A DNA stretch of 63,873 nt, the filler included, from Octopus bimaculoides (lineage: Eukaryota), in the NCBI RefSeq assembly GCF_001194135.2. It is 7 parts of 5 records of this genome, joined end to end, with 100 filler letters (N's around TTAATTAATTAA, not from the genome) between each part and the next. Parts side by side here need not be neighbours in the genome. Positions count along the whole stretch, not along the records: positions 6,279 to 20,909 come from NC_069000.1; positions 21,010 to 31,020 come from NC_068982.1; 5 more parts are not named here. One strand, written 5' to 3'. The notes beneath the pieces were generated by a model. It was not told the DNA's origin, did no database searches, and worked only from the letters and a program-made list of their open reading frames with translations. Positions 10,665 to 22,291 of the stretch are shown in pieces (position 1 is the first letter of the stretch; each line of letters starts with the position of its first letter). Both the position numbers and the translations under genes were made by a program.

Positions 10665-13600
10665 GGTGCACCTGCCCTTCCCACCCTCACTACCTCTACC
10701 AGAAGTCTTTTGAGAGGATTGAACAGAGACGTGTAGATTTGTGCTGTATCCAAGAAGTAAGGTGGAGAGGAAGTTCTGCTAGGTTCCTCACAGGCAAAGA
10801 ACATAGGCATAAGATTTTCTGGGCAGGGAATACTGACGGGGTTGGGGGCGTGGGCATACTTCTTGCAGAGAAGTAGTCAGAGTCTGTGACAGAGTACTTA
10901 AGATTAGATTAGTGCTGCAACATGGATTAGCAACCATTATCTCAGCTTATGCTTCTCAGCCAGAGCTACCTGATGAACAGAAACGCAATTTTATGACACC
11001 TTCTTGCAGACTAGCTCATCGACGAATGACGGGGACCTTCTCTATGCAGTTGGCGACTTCAATGGGCATGTTGGACAAGATGCAGGGGGCTTCGATGATG
11101 TACATGGAGGCTATGGTTTTGGTTCCTGCAATGAGGAGGGAACCAGGCTGCTGTAGTTCTATGATGCAAATGATCTTATGATTTGTAATACTAATTTCAG
11201 GAAACCTGCCAGTCACCTATTCACCTACCGATCTGGTGGACACACTAGTCAAATTGATTACATCCTCGCCAGGAAATGGGAAAGATGGCTACTTATAAAT
11301 GCAAAACCTTCCCAGGTGAAGAATGCACCCTCCAACATAGATTAGTAGTTAGTGACTTCAGGATCAGGGCTAAATAGATGCCCAGAAGATGACCAGCATG
11401 GAGAAGATGGGTCTGGACGCTTAAGGATCAAGCGAATGTACAGCTTTTGATGAAATAGAGGAGGATATAGCATCACATGATGTGGAAGACAACTGGAGGT
11501 TCCTATGGGACAATCTGTTGAGAGCTACTGACCTGTTCAGAGTTACTCGATCCAAGGTAACATGGTGGTGGAACATTGTAGCTGACAGGGCCATTAGGGA
11601 AAAGAAACATGCATGGAAGGACTGGAAGAACGGTGGTAGCAAAGAATTTACTTAGCCAGAGGGGAAGCAGATAAGAAAAAATTTGCCAATTTTATGCGTC
11701 ATGAGGACCAAAATCTTGAAGTGTTTCATGTTGCAAGACAGTGTGTGAGAGAGAATCGTGATGTCATAGAAGAGAAATGTGTCTGCTTGGATGATGGCTC
11801 ACTTGCATTTAATGAGGCAGCAAAGAGAGAGACTTGGAGACACCACTATGAAAGGTTGCTAAATGAAGAGAATGAATGGGAGAAAGAGAGTCTGCCGAAT
11901 GTCGACCCAACAGAGGGACTAGCTATCCAAATTGACAGTACCTTGGTAGATAAAACAATTAAGGGTATAAAGACAGGGAAAGCCCCCAGCCCATCAGGAA
12001 TCTCTGCAGAGATGCTTAAAATATCCGGTGGTGTCAGCTATAGTCTAGTCACCTTTATAGTCAGTCAAGTGATACACGAAGGAGTCATACTCAATGACCA
12101 TAGTCAACTGCTACAAAGGTAAAGGTGATGCATTAGATATGAATAATTACAAAGGTATCAAGTTGTTGGATCAGGTAATGAAAGTCATAGAAAGGGTCAT
12201 AGCCCAACTAATTAGGGAGAGGGTCAGTTTAGATGAGATGCAGTTTGGGTTTGTGCCAGGGAAAAACACCACTGATGATATATTTCTGGTAAGACAGCTG
12301 CAAGAGAAATACCTAGCCAAAGATAAACCTCTGTACCTGGCTTTCGTTGACATAGAGAAAGCCTTTGACAGGGTCCCCCAATCCCTTATCTGGTGGTCAA
12401 TGCAGAAACTAGGGATAGACAAGTGGTTAGCGAGAGCTGTACAAGCCATGTATAGGGATGTTGTCAGTAAGGTGAGGGTTGGCAACGAGTATAATGAAGA
12501 ATTCCAGGTAGGGGTAGGTGTCCACCAAGGATCAGTACTCAGCCCCCTCTTATTCATCATAGTCCTCCAGGCAATTACAGAGGAATTCAAGACAGGATGC
12601 CCCTGGGAGCTTCTCTATGCTGATGATCTTGCTCTAATAGCTGAGTCACTATCAGAACAAGAGAAGTTTCAGGTGTGGAAGCAAGGATTAGAATTGAAGG
12701 GCCTTAGAGTCAATCTAGCTAAAACCAAAGTCCTAATAAGTAGGAAGGCAGACAAACCACAAATTCCTTCAGGTAGATGGCCCTGCTCGATCTGTAGAAA
12801 AGGCGTAGGCAGAAACTCTATAAGATGCACCGAGTGCAAGCTTTAGACACATAAGAGGTGCAGCAATATCAAAGGAAGGTTAACTAGGAAGTTAGTTTTT
12901 GTATGTGGCAGATGTTCAGGAGCAGTAAACACTGTGAATGTGCAGAAAACAATTTCTGCCACATTCCAGGGAGAAAAACTAGACGTAGTTGATAGCTTCC
13001 GCTATCTAGGTGACCAAGTTAGTAGTGGGGGAGAGTGCGCTGAAAGTGTAGCTGCTAGAATAAGAATAGCCTGGGCAAAGTTCAGAGAGCTCCTACCGCT
13101 GCTGGTGACAAAGGGCCTCTTACTCAGAGTAAAAGGTAGACTGTATGACACATGTGCGAACAGCCATGCTACATGGCAGTGAAACATGGGCCGTGACTGC
13201 TGAGGACATGCATAAGCTTGCAAGGAATGAAGCTAGTATGCTCCGCTGGATGTGTAATGTAAGCGCCCAGAAAAAAAAGTTGGACATAAGAAGCATCAGA
13301 TGTGGTGTACAAGAGAAACGACTGCACTAGTATGGTCATGTGTTGTGTATGAATGAGGACAGCTGTGTGAAAAAGTGTCACACCCTAGTAGTAGAGCGAA
13401 CCGGTGGAAGAGGTAGGCACAGGAAGACTTGGGATGAGGTGCTGAAACACAACCTACGAATGTTGGGCTTCATGGAGGTGATGACAAGTGACTGAGACGT
13501 TTGGAGATATGATGTGCTTGAGAAGACCCGGCAAGCCAAGTGAGACCGTAACCATGGCCTATGCCAGTGCAGCATAACCGGCCCATTTAAGAGTACCCTT

Positions 13601-14036
13601 CGATCATTGGGTAATATACTGTGCTTGCGAAGACCTGTTGAGTCAAGTGAAGTCATTGTCATGGCCGATAACAGTACCGTCTTATTGGTACCCATGCTGG
13701 CTGACTGGTCCCGTGCCGGTGGTACGTAAAAAGCACTATTTGAGTGTGGTCGTTGTCAGTGCCACCTGACTGGCTCCCGTTCTGATGGCACATAAAAAGC
13801 ACCATTCAAGCATGGTTGATGCCAGTACCACCTGACTGGTCTGCATGCCAGTAGCAAGTAAAAAGCACCCATTACACTCTCAGAGTTGTTGGCATTAGGA
13901 AGGGCATCCAGCTGTAGAAACTTTGCCAGTTTGGATAGGAGCCTGGTGCAGCCTTCTGGCTTGCCAGCCTTCAGTCAAACCATCCAACCCATGCCAACAT
14001 GGAAAGCAGATGTTAAATGACAATGATGATGATGAT
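10665..14036 (+). mobile_element. RTE-clade non-LTR retrotransposon, near full-length ORF2 (APE endonuclease, RT, PHD-like finger) plus 3' UTR/tail; inactivated
   Basis: Endonuclease motifs VDLCCIQEVRW and GVGGVGILL; RT motifs NYKGIKLL, QFGFVPG, FVDIEKAFDRV, GVHQGSVLSPLLF, LLYADDL; C-terminal FRYLG, LHGSETW and LRWYGHV-like segments. Multiple stops and frameshifts. Ends in the GGAAGGGCATCCAGC...CCAACCCATGCC...(GAT)n tail. Confidence 0.95.
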
Positions 14037-14499
14037 AAGGTAGGTGTCCAGGTGAAGTGAATTCTTTAGTTTATTTCTTTTGTCTGCCAGACAGCCTGCA
14101 TCCCCTGCTCCTATTTAAGTATATCAATTTACTTAATGCTGTAATCCTTCAATGACCATACATATTGAGCTAGAGCTTATAACATCTGGATATTAAAGAA
14201 GAGCTTATGGATGTTAAATCTATCCTTCCTCTAAGATATGGACAAAGCTACTAATGTTTTCTTTATACTAGGTACATAGCTAAAAGAGACTCTTAAGGTA
14301 TATATCTATTACATATTTTACAGAACCTATGAGTTCAGAGAAAGTGTTTATCCCTTAAACTAAGAAAGAAAGTGGTAGAATGAACCACAACACTTTCTAG
14401 TGGCGTTTTCTCTTTTCCTAAATTTACTGGTGACCAGGGCCTTGTAGTATGGGACTGCAGCATCAAAGATCTCTTTATAGGTCACAGATTCTTCTGCTG

Positions 14500-15430
14500 G
14501 GTGAGCTGAAAAGTTCTTAATCTAAGTACAAAGGAGTGATGCTAGACCAGTGAAATCTTGCATGCATTAATTTCAGCGCTTCTTATTAATAACTACATTG
14601 TTTCTTTATAGATAAACTGATACCTGACTGTTCAAAGAAGACTTGAAAAATAACTAGTAGCAACTTCTCTTGAAAATGGACAAAATTTGGCACTTTGGTG
14701 TTATCAAGTACTTGCAGAAAGAAGAATTTAGACCTGAAGCACATTCATGCTGACATGGTTGCTACATTAGGGGATAGTGCACCAGCTTTATTAACAAAAG
14801 TGGAAAACTGAATTTAGGAAGGAAAGGGAGAGCCTTGAAGATTACCCAAGGTCCTGACATCCTGCAACTACTGCCACTGAGGAAAACATGGATCATGTTC
14901 ATCACATGGTGATGGATGACAGGTGGCTGAGTGTAAATCAAATAGCCAATGCTATTCATATATTCCTTTAGAGAGTTGAGAATATTCTGCACAATGAACT
15001 TGGCATGATGAAAGTTTCTGCTCAGCGAGTGCCACTTCTTCTGACACCTCATCAAAAGTACTCTAGGCTGATCATATCACAGGAAAAATCTGTCATTGTT
15101 TGAGGAGGATCCAGCTGATTTTGTTGAATGTTTTCTTAACCCAGGATGAGTGTTGAATTTATGACTTTGAACCAGAGACAGAAAGAATCTATGCAGTGGA
15201 AACACCCCTCCTCACCTGCTCCAATGCAGGCGAACATCACCAAGGAAGGTGATGGCCTGCTTTTGGGATGCAAAAAGCATTGTGTTTATTGACTGTCTTC
15301 AAAAGGGCCACACCATCAATGGAGAGTACTATGCCAACCAAGGGGGACTATGTTGAAAAATAAACCTCATTCGGTTATGTTCCATGAGAGTATTTTGGTC
15401 AGCCTATGAACTTTTTAGCTGACCTTCATA
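14500..15430 (+). mobile_element. Mariner transposon, internally deleted pseudogene
   Basis: MDKIWHFGVIKYLQK...TEENMDHVHHMVMDD...ILHNELGMMKVSAQRVP...TQDE...EPET...MQWKHPSSP...FWDAK...LQKGHTINGEYYA. Right TIR GGTCAGCCTATGAACTTTTTAGCTGACCTTCATA; remnant left TIR GAGCTGAAAAGTTC near 14500. Confidence 0.85.
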
Positions 15431-15519
15431 GGCCTATCAATTGTGTAGCCATTTAGCCCACTCAATATTGCCAAAGCTAGTTCAAGGAATTTCTGAAGTA
15501 AATTCAGGATGACAAAAAA

Positions 15520-15835
15520 ACCAACGAGGTTACACACTTCAGTACTGTCAAAGGCACACATCATTACATTGAAGGATTACTTGGGATCAGTTTGCGTGAT
15601 CCTTTGTTGATCCTTTGTTGAAGAGCAGTGTTTTTCTGGCAAACTTGATAATGCCCTTACCTCTAATCTCAGTATAGGCCCTGGCAAAATCCAGCACCCT
15701 ATATAACAAAGCCTTGATATACTGGATAGAAGTCCATTACATCAAACTGTGTAAACCTTGCTCTTCTTTTGCCACTCTTGTTTTTAAACCACATGATGAC
15801 CTTGCTGGCACTGCACAAAAAGTTGCCTAATGTCA
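15520..15835 (-). mobile_element. Penelope-like element RT fragment, decayed
   Basis: KVIMWFKNKSGKRRARFTQFDVMDFYP and FARKTLLFN...FNVMMCAFDSTEVCNLVG match PLE RT motifs (FDIxxFYPSI; FDVTMGSFDGAEVCELVG, recalled). Confidence 0.7.
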
Positions 15836-18621
15836 CTTCATCTTACTAAGAAGTCACTTGCTCACAGAACAAAAACTATATCATTATTATTTTAGAAAAT
15901 AAATGATTTCCAAGTTCTTTAATGCTAATTTAATAAATAGAATTCAAGTTCACAGGCTGATATTGCTTTATTGATTGACAATAAGCTACAGCATACATAG
16001 ATTAGAATTGAGTTTCTAGGCCTGTGGGACCCTGGGTAACTACAGTGTACCCATGCCTTAAGACAGCACTGCCCACTGCATTGTATGTTGGGCAAGTGCT
16101 TTCTACCACCATTTATGTTGACCAAAACTTTTCAGTGGAATTTAGTAAGAAGAAATTGTGTTTAAGCCTGTCATGTCTGTTTAACATTTCATTGAAATAA
16201 GTACCAACATTTTATCGGAAACCTTTGAAGACAATGCCCCAGTGTGACTGCAGACCATTGACTAAAACCAGTAAANNNNNNNNNNNNNNNNNNNNNNNNN
16301 NNNNNNNNNNNNNNNNNNNNNNNNNNNNNNNNNNNNNNNNNNNNNNNNNNNNNNNNNNNNNNNNNNNNNNNNNNNNNNNNNNNNNNNNNNNNNNNNNNNN
16401 NNNNNNNNNNNNNNNNNNNNNNNNNNNNNNNNNNNNNNNNNNNNNNNNNNNNNNNNNNNNNNNNNNNNNNNNNNNNGAGAATAAAAAAGGGGTTAAAATA
16501 TCCAGGCAGATATCAATAAAGCACTCAGTATTAAATGAATTTGGCTAACTATATCGGACACCAATAATTGTATGATGAATTCTACAATTAAAGATGTGAA
16601 TTTTTCTATCCATATTCATGTTGTTATACACACATGCACACAGAGAGCATATAATGAAACAGCCATCGCACTATAACTTCTACAAGTAAAAATAAACTAC
16701 AATTTAAACTTTTCACCAGAGTCTAACACAACAAATTCAGTTGTTAACACATCTATCATATGGCCTACATATACCAAATAGCTAAACAAAATGAATTTCA
16801 GGCTGAAGTGAAATTTGTAAACAAACTTTACTTATATCACACTAGCAAAACACAGGTAAATTCCATGAGCTTCACAAGTGAAAACTATAGTTGTCTTTTA
16901 TGTGATGGTGAATTGTAGGCAAGATAAAGGAACTACAAGAGGAAAATATGACACACACAAAGATAGATAGACATGTTCTGTTCTTAAAATGGTTCTCTTC
17001 TTTATGTATTATCAATGCACCTTTTTCCTATTCTATTGTTCAATCTTATTCTATCAGCCCACCTTTGTCCTGCTTTATGAGTCTGCTTTGTCCTATTTTA
17101 TCAGTCTCCTTTGTCTTATTTTAACAATCTTTGACATATTTCATCATCACTCCTGTCTTATTCTCAATTTTTAATGAATTTATTTTTGTTTCTTCTACTT
17201 TTCACATACATTATTATCAACATATTCAATCCACCTCACTTTGAAATAATGCATGCACATAAAGACACATAATTGTTCTCCATTCTAGAAACTTTTTATG
17301 TTTTGTCATTGCAGTTGTATTGCACTCTTTCAATATATGAACAGAAAGTGTGTGAAACAGAGGAAGTGAGATGTCAGGATACACAAATAAACAGATAGAT
17401 AAATAGAATTACTCCTTGTTCGTGTTTGTCTAACATCTGATTTTCCATGACTTAGACAGGAGGGTTTTTTGATATCGGATGCTCTTCCCGTCAACAATCC
17501 TCGTTCTGAAGTAAGAGATTTTTTTATATTCCAAAAAAATTTGAAAGTGCAAAGCTTGCAAAGGATTTGTTAACAAGAAATGTCAAGAAACATCATCAGT
17601 TGTTACCCAAACTCAAATTGCAACATAGCTCAGCATAGTTTTATCAACTTTCATGCACACACATACACAACATATTCGCACACATGATGGCCTTCTTTCA
17701 TCAACCAAATTCCTTCATATGGCATTGGTCAATGCAGGGTTATAGAAGACATTTGTCTAGACCACATAGTTGAGAAGCAAATTCGTAACCACATAACCAT
17801 GCATACAGTTTATATAATCCTCATCATTTAACATCCACTCTTCCATGCTTGGAATATTGAGGTAGATATTCTATGGCTGGATGCCCTTCCTGTCACAAAC
17901 TCATTTATTTCCAAGCAAGATAATATTTCCCTATAGCCAGACATGATCTTACAAAATATTAGAAATCAATGACACTGCTTATATGACAGTGACATCCATT
18001 TACAACTATCATGAAATATCATGACAAAGAGATACAAATGTGTGCACTATTACATACACATGACAAGATTCTTTCAGTTGCCATCTACCAAATCTACTCG
18101 CAAGGTTTTAGTCAGCCTGAGGTTATAGGAGAAGATACTTGCCTGAGGTACCATGGTATCACAGAATACATATGAGTGTGAATGTAGAAACCAGAGATGA
18201 AATCACTTAATATACATAATCATATTTATTTATTCATTTGAAGCTGATGATTTGATTGTGCATACTGCATTCAGGCAATACAGATATCATATATGCAATT
18301 ATCTCTTTGTCATACACGTAACAAATTCAGAATAACAACAGACCAAATCATCAGCTATACGTGAGGATGTAAAATATGAGAAAGTGTACTTAAAACACAA
18401 AGTAGAGTTTATCGATTCAAAACTGAATATTCACTCCACTGCTATTGAGTTTTTTTTACTGCATCTAATCTTCAATGCAAAGCAAAGATGAATCTTTTTG
18501 TCACTTGAATGATTGCACAGAGCAAGAAACTCTAAGAAGCAATGGAGTGAATCATCAGCTTCAAATAAATGAATATATTACATCTTTATTTATCACAGCT
18601 ATCACAGGTTTCGAATTTTTG

Positions 18622-18729
18622 TTACTTGTGTTCTTCAAAATGTAAATTTAAAGAATCTGCATCTGGAAAGACATGGTTACACTGTGGGCATTGGTACTGT
18701 TCCACATATTCATGTTGCATTGCTTCCAT
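18622..18729 (-). CDS. Terminal coding exon with C-terminal C2H2/UBZ-type zinc finger (NEMO/optineurin-like), parent gene unidentified
   Basis: Acceptor TTTTTACAG, then MEAMQHEYVEQYQCPQCNHVFPDADSLNLHFEEHK and a TAA stop. Spacing is exactly C-x2-C-x3-F-x5-L-x2-H-x3-H, the PDxDxLxxH core recalls the optineurin/NEMO finger, and an AATAAA lies about 30 nt downstream. Confidence 0.7.
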   Translation of the reverse strand: MEAMQHEYVEQYQCPQCNHVFPDADSLNLHFEEHK

Positions 18730-18819
18730 CTGTAAAAATAATAATAATATAATCATTTATATTAACTATAGCAGTTGAATTTGGGCAGTAGTGGATTGGA
18801 AGAATCATTAAGACATCAG

Positions 18820-18849
<30 letters not shown>

Positions 18850-18853
<4 letters not shown>

Positions 18854-19065
18854 CGATTTCAAATTTTTGCCACAAGGGCAGCTTGGGGGAAGGGATTAAG
18901 TCGATTACATTGACCCCAGTGCGTAACTGGTACTTATTCAATCAACCCCGAAAGGATAAAAGCCAAAGCCGACCTTGGCGAATTTAAACTTAGAGTGTAG
19001 CAGCAGATGAAATACCACTAAGCATTTCTCCCGGCATGCTAACGATTCTGCCAGCTCACCACCGT
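18850..19065 (-). mobile_element. tRNA-derived SINE family C
   Basis: Head GGTGGTGAGCTGGCAGAATCGTTAGC and core TTTATCCTTTCGGGGTTGATTGAATAAGTACCAG, embedded in (TAA)n; homolog at 50531-50683. Confidence 0.8.
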
Positions 19066-19206
19066 AATTATAATAATAATCAATAATATTAATACGCCAA
19101 CTTTTTGTTTTTGTATGTACGTACCTGTGGTGTGTTACAGTTACTTCAAAGGAAGAAGTGAGTGGCAAAGCGGGAGAGAGGCGGACAAAGACGAAGTGAG
19201 AGAGAA

Positions 19207-19262
<56 letters not shown>

Positions 19263-20064
19263 TGGTGACAGAATTTGTTTTGTGTTTTTAAATGTTAATC
19301 AGAATTTTCAAAGTAGACTGATACAGACATCGCAAGAAAAGTAGATGCATAGATACATACACACATTGTTAAATTAAAAGTGGGAGAGAGGAGGGACACA
19401 GAGGAAGTGAGAGAGAAAGAGAGAAAGTGAGAGAGACAGTAGATATCTATGTATCATAGATCGAAAGAAAAGTTGATACATAGATACATAGACCCATTGT
19501 TAAATCAAACACAAATAACTACAGCAATTATTCGATGTTGCTTTCACTTTTCATTACTACACAAAGATAAAATTAACTCACAAGTGGCTGAGTACTCCAC
19601 AGACATGCATACCATTAACATAGTTCTCTGGGAGATTCAGCCTCACACAGAATGTGACAAGGCTGGCCCCTTTCAATTACAGGTACAACTCATTTTGGCC
19701 AGCTGAGTGGACTGGAGCAAGATAAACCTTCAAGTGGTTGGAAGAAAATGAAAAAAAGATCCTATATAGGGGCAGGAAAATATTTTTAGTCATTATGGTC
19801 ACTGTGGATGTTAATCCAGTCCTAACAGCAGCATTTGTGGGTCTCACAGATCTGAAGGCCATACTCCCAGATAAACACTGATGCAAAGGCTGTTGTTATC
19901 AAACTCAGCGCGAGTCGAGGGCAAATGCACAACAGAATAGCAATTATTTCACCTTAGCTTTCACTGCTTATGCTAAACACATGACATTTTTGCCTTACGA
20001 TATGGAGCATTTCCTTTTCTTTCACTCTTTTTAGAAAGTAGCACTCTATCAGTTATGATAACGA

Positions 20065-20350
20065 GGTTCCTGTTAATTTGATCAATGGAACAGTCTGCTT
20101 GTAAAATTAACATGCAAGTGGCTGAGTACTCCACAGACATGCATACCAAAACATAGTTCTCAGGGAGATTCAGCCTCACACACAATGTGACAAGGCTGGC
20201 CCCTTTCAATTACAGTTACAACTCATTTTGGCCAGCTGAGTGGACTGCAGCAAGGTGAAGTAGAGTGCTTTGCTCAAGAACAGCGAGCTGCAGGGAATCA
20301 TACTCATGACTTTACGATTGTGGGCTGAATACACCTAACCACTGAGCCAC
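20065..20350 (-). mobile_element. SINE family B copy (partial duplicate at 19570-19720)
   Basis: GCAAGTGGCTGAGTACTCCACAGAC...GACAAGGCTGGCCCCTTTC...TTTTGGCCAGCTGAGTGGACTG occurs in both copies. Confidence 0.8.
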
Positions 20351-20574
20351 ACTTCTTCACTTTCTTACCCATAGAGAAAAGGAGTGAAGCGATAGAGACA
20401 GAGAAAGGAAAGCACCAGTCATTTACAATGACAATTAGACCGAAATACAATCAATCTTTTCTAGCTTCTTTACTATTAATAATGAAGAAGAGGAAAACAC
20501 ATTTAGTAATGAACTGGCAGACATACCTAGTGTTGCTCGAGATTAAAATGATAGTTTTTTATTGTTTTACTTAT

Positions 20575-20800
20575 ATCGGCCATGTGACTGTAGCCATGCT
20601 AGCATGGGTTGGACAATTTGACTGAGGACTGGTGAAACCAGATGGCTACACCAGGCTCCAATCTGATTAGGCAGAGTTTCTACAGCTGGATGCCCTTCCT
20701 AACGCCAACCACTCAGAGAGTGTAGTGGGTGCTTTTACGTGTCACCCGCACGAAGGCCAGTCAGGTGGTACTGGCAACGGCCATGCTCATCTCGCTCGAG
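20575..20800 (-). mobile_element. RTE 3' tail (or RTE-tailed SINE) copy
   Basis: Reverse complement of 13830-14030 (GGAAGGGCATCCAGCTGTAGAAACT...CCAACCCATGC). Confidence 0.8.
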
Positions 20801-21330
20801 AAACCTCATGTGTCACCTGCACAACAGCCCCAGCCCAGGAGCACAGGCAACGATCCCGCTCGAAAATCCTACAACAACCCCACACAAGAGCCAGCTCAGG
20901 GGCACCGGCNNNNNNNNNNNNNNNNNNNNNNNNNNNNNNNNNNNNNNNNNNNNTTAATTAATTAANNNNNNNNNNNNNNNNNNNNNNNNNNNNNNNNNNN
21001 NNNNNNNNNTATATACATACCAGGCACGTGTACTGCAGCAGTACTATGCGTAGCTTTGATACTGAGATTGAAAAACAGGGGCTTATTATGACTACCTACA
21101 ATTTTTTTTTTTAATTTGCATTTTATGCATAGTAATCAGACTAACCTTTATAATTTTATTGAATCAGGGGCATATTTTGTCATGAGAGGAAAATTGCATA
21201 TCTTGCTTACCAAGGTGGCACGTCACTGATACATACATACATACATACATACATACATACATACATACATACAATCACACGCACGTAGTGTTAGTGATTT
21301 CTTTTCCTTCCTTGGACTTTTCTCTATCCC

Positions 21331-21365
21331 CGTTCTGATGAAGAGCTATGCTGGAACCGCCAAAC
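21331..21365 (+). ncRNA. Decayed copy of the minimal hammerhead at 63652
   Basis: GTT-CTGATGA-A-GAGC-TAT-GCTG-GAACC-GCC-AAAC: 5' core intact, 3' core mutated. Confidence 0.45.
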
Positions 21366-21499
21366 TCTCTTTTTCACCGAGTGTCAATAATAATAATAAT
21401 AATGATAATAACAGTAATAATAATAATATTAGCAGCCCAAGGTCAATGCCTACCTCAAGGAACTACCAGGCCACAAAGAACATGTGTATATAAACAACA

Positions 21500-21930
21500 A
21501 AATGAAGCTATTAATCATATTGCCTCCATATGCAGTCTTCTTGCGCTCACAGAGTATCTCAACAAGCATAATAGAGCAGCACAATATATTAACTGGGTAA
21601 TTTGCAAAAACCTAGACCTGCCCCATGATAAAAACTGGTGGGAACACAAATCACCTCCAGTACTTGAAAATGATCACATCTCACTCCTCTGGAACTTCAT
21701 GGTTCAAACTGACAAAACGATAGATGCGAATATGCCAGACATTATATTGAAAGACTTCAGACAAATATCATGCCTCTTCATTGATATGACTGTTCCAATC
21801 GACATAGATGTATCTGTCAAGACCTACTAAAAACTGAGCAAGTATAAAGATCTTGAAATAGTGATTGGTAAAATGTGGAACGAGAATATTAAAACAATAC
21901 CTGTTGTCATAGGTGTCCTAGGAAGGAAAA
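21500..21930 (+). mobile_element. R4/Dong-type LINE, restriction-like endonuclease C-terminus
   Basis: KHNRAAQYINWVICK...WWEHKSPPVLEND...LLWNFMVQTDKTIDANMPDII...FIDMTVP...SKYKDLE...IPVVIGVLG, flanked by (TAA)n on both sides. Confidence 0.85.
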
Positions 21931-21938
21931 TAATAATG

Positions 21939-21972
<34 letters not shown>

Positions 21973-22235
21973 NNNNNNNNNNNNNNNNNNNNNNNNNNNN
22001 NNNNNNNNNNNNNNNNNNNNNNNNNNNNNNNNNNNNNNNNNNNNNNNNNNNNNNNNNNNNNNNNNNNNNNNNATATATAATTATAATTAAGGACATGGAA
22101 AAAATCTAGCCAATATGCTGAAAAGAGACGCTAAAACGTTCAGCTACTTTAAATCATCCCAAAGTTACACACGTGTTGAAATCGAGAGAGTAAGCTAATC
22201 CGTTAGCTTACTCCCTCGATTTCAAAATATACTTA

Positions 22236-22291
22236 ACTCTGGATTGATCAATTTCTGGATTAGCCTAATGGCTTTTTCTCGTCAGCAGAAT
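22236..22291 (-). ncRNA. Type I hammerhead motif
   Basis: ATTCTG-CTGACGA-(GAAAA AGCC ATTA GGCT AATCCA)-GAAA-TTGATCAA-TC-CAGAGT: exact core, 10-nt palindrome ATTGATCAAT, AUC triplet, 6-bp helix I; base of helix II decayed. Confidence 0.65.
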
